DNA of 21,891 bases from a virus (taxonomy: Duplodnaviria > Heunggongvirae > Uroviricota > Caudoviricetes), in the IMG/VR virus record IMGVR_UViG_2778261300_000004, positions 1-21,891 of that record; one strand, given 5' to 3'. The notes beneath the pieces are model-generated. The model saw nothing but the letters and a program-made list of their open reading frames with translations, did not search any database and was not told where the DNA came from. A program made the translations under genes and the position numbers. Positions 7,572 through 16,477 of the stretch are shown piece after piece; position 1 is the first letter of the stretch, and each line of letters begins with the position of its first letter.

Positions 7572-9824
7572 TTATTGCGGAGTGACATCCTGTGGTCGCC
7601 ACCAGTATGTCTGGTTAAACTCTTTCTTCGAACGTTGCTCCATTTTACGCAAATAACCTGGTGAAAAATACTCCTGCATCTGGTTAAAGATCATGTGATC
7701 GAGAGCCGCCTTTAAGTACCAGAGATTCGCACCTGGCATCAGACCTTTCCCCAGCTTAACCAGATCACCACCAGTCTGCTCATTCTTCCCTTCCACAGCA
7801 TTTAACGGTATGCCCTGAGCAATCTTCACTACGTCATCAACCAGACCAGCTACCGGGCCAAGCATCGACGCCAGCGCGCCGCTTCCGTACCTGGTGTGAT
7901 CTGACAATAAAAAGTCACCGTAAAGGCCAAGACCACCACCTTTCAGTAGAGCACCAAGCCAGAATTTTGCGGCATCTTCTCCTGTCATCTCTCGAGGATT
8001 ACGACCAGACGCAAGGTCGTTAAGTTGCTGCGACAAAGCGCCAAGAATGGTCGTACTGGCAATAAACGTCGCAATATATGCCGCACGCCCACCAGCAGAC
8101 GGCATACCCATAGCGCGTGACCAGTGACGCATAACCACCGAGATAGGGAACGATTTAAACAGGAAAACACTTCTCGTTAATTCACCTTTCCATGTTCCAC
8201 GCTGAATACCAGAACCGGTTATCAGTTGCTCACGTGCTCCCGGTGTAATAACAGCCATATCAACTTCTTCAGTTACGGCACCGAGCAGTTTACGCATTGC
8301 CTCAAATTTCACGCGTTCAGGCTCACCAAGATGTTTAACTGCTGAATCAGGGATACGCATAATGCTTTCCGGTGTCAGCATCGTATTATTGCCGTTCCCC
8401 CAGTCCTCCTGTTGCGCCAGACTCCATACGCTCCAGTCTGTGTCAGTAATCCCTTTGCTTTTCAGGATACGATAATCAGAATCATCGAGGCTATGAAGGT
8501 CTGGTGTCCGTGACACTACTTCTCCCAGGCTTCCCATCATGGTTACGCCATAGGCGCGCTTGTGCGCATCTGACCATGCTGTAAGCCCACTGGCACGCAT
8601 TACCGCCGTTGCAGCCCAACGAGACACAGACGGCCCCATATTATCCATCGCCCAGCGGTTAACGCTGCCAAGTAGAGATTCCATCGCCAGACCAGCGCGG
8701 CGCGCCCGCGCAAGCTCAGTACGGTTCGTTGGGTCCATAGCTTCAAGCTGGTTGCGGAATAACTGGTTCATTGGAAGGTTGGTCACCTTCGCAGACAGAT
8801 ACATGGTTCCAAGATCAGAGAACGATGACAGCAACGCGGATCCGAGTCTGCTGGCAACCAGCCAGTTGCGGATATTGTCAGACCATCGCGCGATGTGCGG
8901 ATTCGCTACAGGCTGTGTCTTTCCGGAAATAAAGTTGTACAGATTCTCTGTGTTGTTCGCCAGCCGCTCGACTTTACCGGTTTTACTCGGGTTAGCTGTT
9001 GCCGTTTCTGCCTTAACCTGATCAAGAAGGGAGCGGAAAACATGATCGGGGTTTGGACCATATGTTTCCACCAGAGCAATATCTTTACTGATACCTTCCA
9101 GGTGACCGACCATGATTTCCCATAGAGAGCGATCGCCATAAAGTTGTTGATATTGGAGATAGGAATCTGCATCTTTGAAATGTATCTGTCGTGATGCATT
9201 ACCACGGTTAGCACGTGCGCCGGAAATTCGCATTCCGGTATCAGTAAGCTTATTCAGCCCACCAGTAGCGATCGTGTTATAAGCCTCTCCAAGAAATGCA
9301 GACAACTCGGCATCGTTCATCAGTTGTCCATCGGCTCGGGTATAATATTTGCGATCCAGCTTACCTATAACATCGCTAACCCACTTATCCTTTGATACCG
9401 CCCCAACCTTTTCCATAGAATGATGTTGAGGGATCCCCCAGTTTTCGAGATAGCCAATGTCCCCACCAGCATCATTAAACCGGCGGCGCAGCAGCTCTGT
9501 AACTTCTCTCCACGCCTTAGCACCTTTTCTTGCTTTAGCATTGCCAGTATTTTGCCCCCGCATTTCATATACCAGGTCACGTACGCCCGCTTCATCTTCA
9601 AACAGACCAAAAAAGCGAGGATCAACTGCTTCGAATGCCTCCTGCAATTGACTCAATGCATAATCACGGGTGGCTTTTGTTCTGGATTCAACAGAGAGGA
9701 AATTAGATTTACCGTCTGCATTAAAAGCTATAGTACGGTTAAGAGCGCCAAGTTTCCCATCAGCCCCTTGATAGCTATTGATAAATTTATCCAATCTCTG
9801 ACGCGCGGCTATAGTGAGAGCCAC
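7572..9824 (-). CDS. Large virion protein, probably a DNA-ejection/injection (internal) protein of a podovirus-like particle
   Basis: 750 aa, GTG start; soluble N-terminal part and a C-terminal region with hydrophobic and Gly-rich segments; sits upstream of the tailspike where P22-like phages carry ejection proteins. Not portal-like by eye. Assignment is positional. Confidence 0.4.
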   Translation of the reverse strand: MALTIAARQRLDKFINSYQGADGKLGALNRTIAFNADGKSNFLSVESRTKATRDYALSQLQEAFEAVDPRFFGLFEDEAGVRDLVYEMRGQNTGNAKARKGAKAWREVTELLRRRFNDAGGDIGYLENWGIPQHHSMEKVGAVSKDKWVSDVIGKLDRKYYTRADGQLMNDAELSAFLGEAYNTIATGGLNKLTDTGMRISGARANRGNASRQIHFKDADSYLQYQQLYGDRSLWEIMVGHLEGISKDIALVETYGPNPDHVFRSLLDQVKAETATANPSKTGKVERLANNTENLYNFISGKTQPVANPHIARWSDNIRNWLVASRLGSALLSSFSDLGTMYLSAKVTNLPMNQLFRNQLEAMDPTNRTELARARRAGLAMESLLGSVNRWAMDNMGPSVSRWAATAVMRASGLTAWSDAHKRAYGVTMMGSLGEVVSRTPDLHSLDDSDYRILKSKGITDTDWSVWSLAQQEDWGNGNNTMLTPESIMRIPDSAVKHLGEPERVKFEAMRKLLGAVTEEVDMAVITPGAREQLITGSGIQRGTWKGELTRSVFLFKSFPISVVMRHWSRAMGMPSAGGRAAYIATFIASTTILGALSQQLNDLASGRNPREMTGEDAAKFWLGALLKGGGLGLYGDFLLSDHTRYGSGALASMLGPVAGLVDDVVKIAQGIPLNAVEGKNEQTGGDLVKLGKGLMPGANLWYLKAALDHMIFNQMQEYFSPGYLRKMEQRSKKEFNQTYWWRPQDVTPQ

Positions 9825-9835
9825 ACGACGTTTCT

Positions 9836-10090
9836 TTAATGCCGCTTCACCATGTCAGAAAACTCAAGGCGGAGATCAGCATCTTTAGGCATCGGAATAC
9901 CTTTCGCGTCATCAGTACCTTTACGAGCCGCCGCGCCAGCAAGAATTGTCTGCGCAGCGGTTTCAGGAGACACGGAAACATCCGGATTAAACCAGTTTTT
10001 TTCTGCCAAAATACCACCTGGCTTATCCATCAGTATCCCGGCAACGGCAGCAGATGGAGCGTTGGCACTGATCTGCTGTAGTGCTGACAT
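9836..10090 (-). CDS. Short ORF, probably the C-terminal remnant of a truncated upstream virion gene
   Basis: 84 aa from ATG 10090; stop 12 nt before the 750-aa gene start; nothing phage-structural lies upstream of it, only the tRNA island. Confidence 0.3.
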   Translation of the reverse strand: MSALQQISANAPSAAVAGILMDKPGGILAEKNWFNPDVSVSPETAAQTILAGAAARKGTDDAKGIPMPKDADLRLEFSDMVKRH

Positions 10091-10343
10091 ATACACCTGC
10101 CCACCACCAGTGCTCTGCCTGATGGTAGCGGTCTGGATACGTTTAAGGGGCACCCTCCCTTGCTCGGGCAAACGAACCAGGTAGCCGGAATGTGCAAGTC
10201 GAGCGGTTTTATTCCGCGCACGGGGATTCACCATCCCGGCGATTCGGTGTGACACCTCGGAAGAGACGAGGGTGCAACGATGAGAGCATTTATGGAGCCG
10301 CGACAAAGTGTGGTGCCTTAACAGGCTAAGTGCTCTCAGCGTT

Positions 10344-10420
10344 GTGGCATTAGCTCAGTTGGACAGAGCAACCGCCTTCTAAGCGGTTGGTCGCAGGTTC
10401 GAATCCTGCATGCCACGCCA
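10344..10420 (+). tRNA. tRNA-Arg, anticodon UCU (reads AGA/AGG)
   Basis: Cloverleaf folded by hand: 7-bp acceptor stem GTGGCAT/ATGCCAC, D-arm GCTC..GAGC, anticodon stem ACCGC/GCGGT with loop CTTCTAA, T-arm GCAGG TTCGAAT CCTGC, discriminator G and encoded CCA. Confidence 0.9.
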
Positions 10421-10463
10421 GAATCACGCCTAAGGACCGTGATGCCAGAAGTTCCAGGTGCTT

Positions 10464-10506
10464 GGCGGTGATGGTTTCCCTTGAAGGACTACCACCGCCC
10501 TTTTTA
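10464..10506 (+). terminator. Hairpin plus T-run after the tRNA (terminator-like)
   Basis: ggcggtg ... caccgcc arms followed by CTTTTTACA. Confidence 0.35.
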
Positions 10507-10583
10507 CAGCAGGACGCCATTGCGATGACTTCATGCTGTAAACCCGTACAGCCACGGAAGGCATAACTCATTGCTTCCAGTTC

Positions 10584-10608
10584 GCCCACTTCAGTGGGCT
10601 TTTTTTTC
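10584..10608 (+). terminator. Rho-independent terminator
   Basis: gcccac / ttca / gtgggc followed by T8. Confidence 0.7.
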
Positions 10609-10620
10609 TAGTGACTACTG

Positions 10621-10637
10621 ATTACCTTATGGGTAAT
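10621..10637. promoter_or_regulatory. Operator-like inverted repeat A-TTACC-N5-GGTAA-T in the promoter region of the AT-rich gene
   Basis: attaccttatgggtaat, perfect arms; overlaps a candidate -10 TAATAT (10634-10639) about 30 bp upstream of ATG 10669. Confidence 0.5.
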
Positions 10638-10668
10638 ATGCTGCAAACAAATAACACAAGGCCGTGAC

Positions 10669-11487
10669 ATGCTTGACTTCATCCGTGACATTTACTCCTC
10701 TTTCCGCCAAGCATCTCTTGAGCGGGTGAAAAGCCCGTTCCTTGGGGCATTTGTTTTTTCCTGGCTTTGCTTTAATTGGCAGATGTTAGCAATTCTATTT
10801 TTTAGTTCTAAGGATATTGAAAAGCGCCTTGCTATTATTAATGGCTCTTTCGGCATCGTCAGCTTTTTAATTGCGCCAATATGCACTACAGCATTGATAG
10901 TTATCCTTTTACCGCAAATTAATAAATTAATTACAATAATACAAGATAAACCTAACTCAGACACAATTGAAATGAGCCTTGCATCTAAAATAAAGATCGC
11001 CGAACTGCAGCAACTATTAGCAGAAAATGAAGCAAGAAAGAAACTTGCTGATAAAAAAGAAGAACGCTTCATTGAAGAGAATATTATTTCAATAAAAAAA
11101 GACCATGAAAAAGCAATAGATAACCTTAAAGACAAAGAAAGTAAAATCTCAAATCTCACGGACACAATAACTGAACTTCAGAGCAAACTGGTTAAAGCTG
11201 AGGCCACTCTCAAAGTTGAACAGGAGTCAAGATCCCAAGTGCAGAATGAATTGATTATTGAAAAAGAGAACAAGCGGAAATTAGAAGACAACATTCTGCA
11301 CCTTAATTTAAGTTTAAAAAAAAACCAATCAGAATTGGCCATTGCAAAAGAAGCCTATGATAATACCTTGATGGCTTATAATGAACTTAACACAACATTA
11401 AAAAAAGCAGAAAGCTCAATAATAAACTTCAACGCTAACTTTCCTTTTTTAACTGACATAAATAACAGCACCCCAAATACATACTAA
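10669..11487 (+). CDS. AT-rich moron: protein with two N-terminal TM helices and a long coiled coil (candidate exclusion, abortive-infection or host-takeover factor)
   Basis: 272 aa; two N-terminal hydrophobic segments then a K/E/L/N-rich heptad-like region; composition much more AT-rich than flanking phage genes; opposite strand to neighbours; own promoter-like and terminator-like signals. Confidence 0.55.
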   Translation: MLDFIRDIYSSFRQASLERVKSPFLGAFVFSWLCFNWQMLAILFFSSKDIEKRLAIINGSFGIVSFLIAPICTTALIVILLPQINKLITIIQDKPNSDTIEMSLASKIKIAELQQLLAENEARKKLADKKEERFIEENIISIKKDHEKAIDNLKDKESKISNLTDTITELQSKLVKAEATLKVEQESRSQVQNELIIEKENKRKLEDNILHLNLSLKKNQSELAIAKEAYDNTLMAYNELNTTLKKAESSIINFNANFPFLTDINNSTPNTY

Positions 11488-11582
11488 AAAAAAAATAAAA
11501 ATGCATGGGAGCATTTAGTTAGTTTAAATTTAAGTCTAAAGGAGAAAATACAAAAATAAATAACCAATCCACTATGGCATAT

Positions 11583-13052
11583 TTACTCATACGGGTCATA
11601 ATCTATTATAGCCTTACCCTGCTGCTGGCGCGGATCATTAAGTTTTTTTGTGACCGGAAAAGCAAACGTCAGCAGTAGCGCATCGCCTTTACCCGGCGAA
11701 CGCCCAAGCCGCTCCTTGATATCTTCCTTCGGTTCGATAACGATTTTACCGTCCACGCGAACTTTGTACTCTGCCGCCGACAGGTCGTCCGCTGTTTCCT
11801 GGTCATCCAGCATGCCGCCCAGCCTCAGCCATGTCTTGCATGAGTTGAACATCTCCCCACGCTTGTTAAGCATCTGCGGGTCAGTGGACGCACCGCCGAA
11901 CGGAACAAGTTGCCATGTACGTCCCCAGCCATCACCGATTGACTTCAGACCAGTTCCGTAACCGAAGTCGATGAACACTGCGTCAGCCTGGTACTGGTCT
12001 TCAAAGTCAGCGATATGCTTCGCCATAATCAGATCGTCAGTGGTCTTGTTGCCAGTCCACAGCACCTTACTGTGCAGCCCCTGCCGCAGGTATATCACAG
12101 CGTCATCAACGCCGGAGTATGCCGGGTCAACGCCGATTATCACCGGTGCATGTGCCACCTGCGCAGCAGTTACCACCCGTTTCATTGCCTCGTCAGTAAG
12201 ACCGGTAGGGATAAACTGCAATTCAGATGCATCAGGGAATATGCCGCGCACACGGATTTTAACGAAGTCGCTGTCTTCCCCGTAGTCATCAACCCATTTC
12301 TGCAATTGCTGCTTGTTAGTACCTTCCACCGTCCGGCTGTCAATCTGCGCAGTTTTCCAGCGGTGTTTATATTTGCGGAAACATTCACGGAAACGTCCGG
12401 TATTACGCGTCGGGTTTCCGAACGCCACCCAGATAATCTCAGTGTCTTCGTCCGTAAGCGCACCCTCAGCAACTTCCCACACCAGATCCGCAATGTTCGA
12501 CGCTTCATCGAATACCACGATGATGCGTTTGCGCTCGTTGTGTAGTCCGGCGAATGCCTCAGTGTTGTGCTCAGACCAGGGGATTGCGTCAGCTCGCCAC
12601 CGCTTGTCGTGCCCAGGATCATTGCTGTACATCGCAGTAGCGGTACAGGTAAACCAGTCTTTCGTGATAGCAAGGTTCGACCACTTGATAATTTCCGGCC
12701 AGGTCTTCGTTCGTAGCTGGTTGTCGGTGTTGGCGGTCACCACGACCTTACAATCCTCGCAAGTGGACATGCCCCAGTTGATCAGCATTGAGATGAGTGC
12801 TGATTTACCAATACCGTGACCCGAAGCACGTGCCAGCATAAGCGGCTGATAGCGCGTCTCGGGATTCTGCAGGTGATCACGTATCTCTCGGAACGCATCG
12901 GCCTGCCACTGACGTGGGCCGGAAGCATGTGCCAGTTCAGTCCCCTCTTCCCCCCACGGGAACGCATAGAGGGCATAGCCAAGCGGATCGTGAGTGAACC
13001 CTGCAATATCCTCGATCAACTGCTCTTCAGGAGATAACGCTGCATCTGTCAC
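11583..13052 (-). CDS. terL: Terminase large subunit
   Basis: 489 aa; Walker A-like SGHGIGKS; GTG start overlaps the terS stop (GTGA). Confidence 0.8.
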   Translation of the reverse strand: MTDAALSPEEQLIEDIAGFTHDPLGYALYAFPWGEEGTELAHASGPRQWQADAFREIRDHLQNPETRYQPLMLARASGHGIGKSALISMLINWGMSTCEDCKVVVTANTDNQLRTKTWPEIIKWSNLAITKDWFTCTATAMYSNDPGHDKRWRADAIPWSEHNTEAFAGLHNERKRIIVVFDEASNIADLVWEVAEGALTDEDTEIIWVAFGNPTRNTGRFRECFRKYKHRWKTAQIDSRTVEGTNKQQLQKWVDDYGEDSDFVKIRVRGIFPDASELQFIPTGLTDEAMKRVVTAAQVAHAPVIIGVDPAYSGVDDAVIYLRQGLHSKVLWTGNKTTDDLIMAKHIADFEDQYQADAVFIDFGYGTGLKSIGDGWGRTWQLVPFGGASTDPQMLNKRGEMFNSCKTWLRLGGMLDDQETADDLSAAEYKVRVDGKIVIEPKEDIKERLGRSPGKGDALLLTFAFPVTKKLNDPRQQQGKAIIDYDPYE

Positions 13053-13645
13053 TGATTGCCATCCTGACGTTCTTTCAGTCTCTTCCTGGCTGCTGCTATG
13101 CGATCAGCAATTGTCACATTCACATTAACATCCATGCGTTCTTTGAACGCGTTGACGTCGACGTGCTTACCAATCAGTTCGAGGTTCTTCACCTTGTCAG
13201 GCCATTTAATTTTTTTGAGGATTGTCTCTATCGAATCCTCGTTCATGTTCATGATGGTCGATGACAGATCAAAGCCGCTAAGCGTAGTGCGCCAGATTTT
13301 CGGCCACTCGCGGATTGGCTTAAGGCTCCCATCGTCGTTGAGGATATCAATCACGTCCATCTGGTCGATCTCCACCAGGCGCATGAGAACGTAATCGGCA
13401 CTGACGCGCATTCGTTTGTTGCGCTCCTCCATCAACTCGGCAATCCGTTTTTGAATGCGTTCATCGCGCATCATGACACTGGCTTTAACTGCCGCTGTAT
13501 TTGGGGAGAATCCTGCGTTAATCGCTGCCTGAGTCTGGTTTTCAGGCGTTTTGATGTATGACTGGCAATAAGCCTCCTGCATTGCTGTTAGTGGCTTAAA
13601 TTGCGTTGATTTGCGTTTATAGGTTTTAGGTTCAGCAGACATCAT
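13049..13645 (-). CDS. terS: Terminase small subunit
   Basis: Most likely start is the ATG-ATG at 13645 (MMSAEPKTYKRK...); the track ORF begins at an upstream TTG (13723); basic helical protein directly before and coupled to terL. Confidence 0.65.
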   Translation of the reverse strand: MMSAEPKTYKRKSTQFKPLTAMQEAYCQSYIKTPENQTQAAINAGFSPNTAAVKASVMMRDERIQKRIAELMEERNKRMRVSADYVLMRLVEIDQMDVIDILNDDGSLKPIREWPKIWRTTLSGFDLSSTIMNMNEDSIETILKKIKWPDKVKNLELIGKHVDVNAFKERMDVNVNVTIADRIAAARKRLKERQDGNQ

Positions 13646-13755
13646 AACCACCGTGGTAATAGTTACCGTTGTGGTAATAGTACCATGCAAAATAAAGCCG
13701 CCATAGTTGGCGGCAGTATTCAAAACCCGTCAAATTCATCATGCATAATCTACTC

Positions 13756-13767
13756 GTGACATGTCAC
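13756..13767. repeat. 12-bp perfect palindrome GTGACATGTCAC, copy 2 of 2
   Basis: Read directly; overlaps the stop codon of the 13764-14111 gene, just upstream of terS. Confidence 0.8.
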
Positions 13768-14111
13768 ACTATTAATTTCGTTTCATGCCAGCCTTTAGTC
13801 ACCCAGCATTGCGAGTCACCATTACACGGGCATGAATTAACTGGAACTCTCTCGCCGCACTTACCGCAACGTTTTCTGCTGATCGATTTTATACGCCCGC
13901 GCACACGTGCATCATCCTGGCGGATCAGCAGCGCGATGTACTCGGCCATTTCATAGGGATCGCGACCAGGGCGCCGGGCGGCGCAGTTCCGCGCTAGCAT
14001 TTCCTGCTCCTGCTTATCCAGCACCAGTTCAATTTTGCGCTCACCGGCGGCGGACTGCCGAGCGCGCTGCGCGGCTTTGCGTTCTGCGGGGGATTTAGCC
14101 ACGAATCGCAC
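13764..14111 (-). CDS. Small basic protein with Cys-rich C-terminus (possible zinc-binding regulator)
   Basis: Track ORF with GTG start; a second GTG with GGAG RBS three codons in; C-terminal CGKCG...CPCNGDSQC cysteine cluster. Confidence 0.4.
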   Translation of the reverse strand: MRFVAKSPAERKAAQRARQSAAGERKIELVLDKQEQEMLARNCAARRPGRDPYEMAEYIALLIRQDDARVRGRIKSISRKRCGKCGERVPVNSCPCNGDSQCWVTKGWHETKLIV

Positions 14112-14216
14112 TCCACGCCAGATTGATTAATGACTCCCAGGTAATATAAACCCGGATACCAGCAGCCAGGCCGAAACCAATCACCATGGCATAAAGCAGA
14201 GCGTTGCACTTGTTCA

Positions 14217-14762
14217 TCACTTCACCTCCTGCGGCGGCTCCGGTAGCGGCATCCAGTGTGACGGCTCACATACCCCCTCAACACCATTCATGTAAAAGAA
14301 TTGAAATAACCCTTTACCTTTGTGAAACCCTACCATCTGCTCTTTTGTGTCTGAGCAATAAACCAAAACATCTTCTTCGCTTGGCATTCGCTCACTACAG
14401 CTTATCCAACCATCCGGAGTTACCGGAGAGTTGCTATTTACATCGAAGTTTGGCTCTGCGTCCTGAACCAGGAGGATGTAACCATTCTTGGCTGTATCAA
14501 GTTCTAACGCCTCGGTGACGGTGCCGAAATAGCGATTACCTAAATCAGCATCACAAGTGCTTACATCAATGGAAACTTCCATGCCTTCGATTAATTCTGG
14601 CAAGTTGTAAGTTTGGTTTACAGGCTCTGCTTCCAGCGATGCCAGAGCAATTCGTGCCAGTTCTTCCGCTTCTTCTGCTGGCAGTACAACGTTGCTACCA
14701 GGTCCGTATGTTTCGCGCCACTGCTTGATTGTCAGCAGTCGCTCTTTGGTAATAGTGGTCAT
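14217..14762 (-). CDS. Phage accessory protein, DUF551-like C-terminus
   Basis: Start taken at ATG 14762 (MTTITKERLL...) with strong GGAG RBS; C-terminal ...CEPSHWMPLPEPP resembles the DUF551 family as recalled. Confidence 0.5.
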   Translation of the reverse strand: MTTITKERLLTIKQWRETYGPGSNVVLPAEEAEELARIALASLEAEPVNQTYNLPELIEGMEVSIDVSTCDADLGNRYFGTVTEALELDTAKNGYILLVQDAEPNFDVNSNSPVTPDGWISCSERMPSEEDVLVYCSDTKEQMVGFHKGKGLFQFFYMNGVEGVCEPSHWMPLPEPPQEVK

Positions 14763-14763
14763 A

Positions 14764-15276
14764 TCACTCTCCTTTGATGCGAATGCCAGTAGCGCGGATT
14801 GCATCGATGACTTCAGAAACTTTGTATGCCATTACCGTTTGGTAATCATCGTGAAAATCTGTTCGATGAAGCATGCTGCTACGTTCCGGGAGCAGTATTT
14901 CCCGCGCTTCCAGTTCTGCAATGCGCTTACCTCCATCCGCGATTACTCCATCGTAATACTCACGCTGCTCGTTGAGTTTTGATTTTGCTGCTTCAAGCTC
15001 AACACGCAGTTTCCCTACCGTTAGCGCAATTTCCTCGTTCTCCTGGTCGCGGCGTTTGATGTATTGCTGGTTTCTTTCCCGTTCATCCAGCAGCGCCAGC
15101 ACGGTTTCTGGTCCGGTCAGAAATTTGAAGGCGTTGAGCGCATCAATATCCACACCGTAATCTTTAAGTTCCTGTTCACTTAACAAATCATCATCAACTG
15201 GCAACATTAACAGGCGTTCCATTGCTGGAGTTGCACGTTCTGCCGCCTCACGCAGTACCTGATAGTCAATTGTCAT
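14764..15276 (-). CDS. Acidic coiled-coil protein (Ea22-like?)
   Basis: ATG 15276 with GGGTGG RBS; stop and next start nearly abut. Confidence 0.45.
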   Translation of the reverse strand: MTIDYQVLREAAERATPAMERLLMLPVDDDLLSEQELKDYGVDIDALNAFKFLTGPETVLALLDERERNQQYIKRRDQENEEIALTVGKLRVELEAAKSKLNEQREYYDGVIADGGKRIAELEAREILLPERSSMLHRTDFHDDYQTVMAYKVSEVIDAIRATGIRIKGE

Positions 15277-15917
15277 TCTCGCCACCCTTCACAGTTGTAA
15301 TCACTACAGCCTTCAAAATCATATGGGCTGTACTGCCAGGTTATTTTTCCGCAATGCGGACAATTCCAACGCACCTTCCCGCTTCGCGACTTCTTTCTTC
15401 TGTTCTGCTCTTTCAACCAGTCAGGCATGACCAAACCTGCGCCCTGAACCATTGTTCTGCGGTTAAATTTATTGATATTGAACGTCCGGCGCTTTGCTGA
15501 ATCAGCAATGGAAAATGGCAACCAAACTATTCCTGGTTCGTTTTTGTTGGCGACGCTAAAGATGGTCGCTTTACTGAAGTCATCTGTTGGCAATCCACCG
15601 TGTTGAAGCCAGTAAACATCGTTGCCGTTCCAGCTACCTTTTTTGTAGGCCACATACGCAGTGCAATCTGGCTCAATCAGGTTTTCTGTAGGGATGTACT
15701 GGCAATCAACGTGCCACACAGCCATTGCATCCACGCTATCAGCGCAAACAGGCTGATCGATATCTCGACCACAATTCCAGGCTTTTTGGGCTTCTTCCAG
15801 CGTGTAAACATGAGCGCGATCGATATTAGAACTGTAACCATTGCCGTTATGGCAATGGAATGAAGCGTTATTACCCACAGTTTCACGCAAGCACATCATG
15901 TAAAAGCGGTTATTCAC
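15273..15917 (-). CDS. Hypothetical phage protein with C-terminal Cys cluster
   Basis: GTG start overlapping the upstream stop (GTGA); C-terminal CPHCG...C...C motif. Confidence 0.45.
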   Translation of the reverse strand: MNNRFYMMCLRETVGNNASFHCHNGNGYSSNIDRAHVYTLEEAQKAWNCGRDIDQPVCADSVDAMAVWHVDCQYIPTENLIEPDCTAYVAYKKGSWNGNDVYWLQHGGLPTDDFSKATIFSVANKNEPGIVWLPFSIADSAKRRTFNINKFNRRTMVQGAGLVMPDWLKEQNRRKKSRSGKVRWNCPHCGKITWQYSPYDFEGCSDYNCEGWRE

Positions 15918-16477
15918 TGGATGACTCCTTTACGAAGCTGTTCAGCGATATCTTCGAGAACGCCATCAGAGAATGAGCGGTCAAAATCTCCTTCCGGCAC
16001 ATTAGCCATAAAATCAGTAGAGGTAAGAATCATCCGGGCAATATCCTCGGCGTTCTTCGCAGTATCATCAATAAAACCAGCTTTCCAGGCAGCCAACATT
16101 CTGTTCGCCACAAAGTAAGCCCCTTCCTTGCGTGCTTCAGTCTTCATTTCATCCAAGAAAGCATCGGTCGCAGGAGTGGTTTTTTGTGGTGATATGGCGA
16201 TACGAATTGTTTCAAGAGCTGGATCTGTTTCCACTGTTGGCACCTTGATAAAACCAAGCTGCACGCCATTCATAATGAACGTGCGGCGATCCTCACATAT
16301 CGCCTTCAGTCTCGCATTCTCCGCAGCCAGCACCGAAAACTTCTCGTGTGCCAACTTAACAGCCGCATCAGCCTGCTTAATTGACTCAATCGCTTTCTGC
16401 TGGTCTTCGGCCAGCGCATTAGCACGCTCCAGTTGCACTTCCAGTTGCGTTGCCAAATCGCTGATTCCATGGTGCAC
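15914..16477 (-). CDS. Hypothetical protein with N-terminal coiled coil; true start uncertain
   Basis: Track ORF from GTG 16477; N-terminal region overlaps a second frame that carries a small zinc-ribbon-like ORF. Confidence 0.4.
   Translation of the reverse strand: MHHGISDLATQLEVQLERANALAEDQQKAIESIKQADAAVKLAHEKFSVLAAENARLKAICEDRRTFIMNGVQLGFIKVPTVETDPALETIRIAISPQKTTPATDAFLDEMKTEARKEGAYFVANRMLAAWKAGFIDDTAKNAEDIARMILTSTDFMANVPEGDFDRSFSDGVLEDIAEQLRKGVIQ

Noticed and set aside
8560-9214. + and - ORFs of 76-153 aa inside the 750-aa gene
   Set aside because: Shadow frames of the long minus-strand ORF; no independent start signals.
7572-9824. Calling the 750-aa protein the portal
   Set aside because: Size is compatible, but the sequence does not resemble portal proteins by eye and the gene sits just upstream of the tailspike region rather than next to terL; an ejection-protein call fits better, at low confidence.
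10344-10420. tRNA-Arg as the prophage integration site (att)
   Set aside because: Phage structural and packaging genes continue on both sides and the integrase is 10 kb away at the window edge; the tRNA is internal cargo or a secondary junction, not the prophage end.
10350-10589. 79-aa minus-strand ORF from the track
   Set aside because: It lies antisense across the tRNA-Arg gene and its terminator region, starts at GTG and has no RBS; an artefact of the structured RNA region.
11650-12819. Several + strand ORFs (103-176 aa) inside terL
   Set aside because: All are antisense to a well-supported terminase large subunit gene and have compositions typical of shadow ORFs.
14831-14846. attaccgtttggtaat, operator-like inverted repeat
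   Set aside because: Arms match, but the spacer is 4 bp instead of 5 and it lies inside a coding region; probably not a functional operator.
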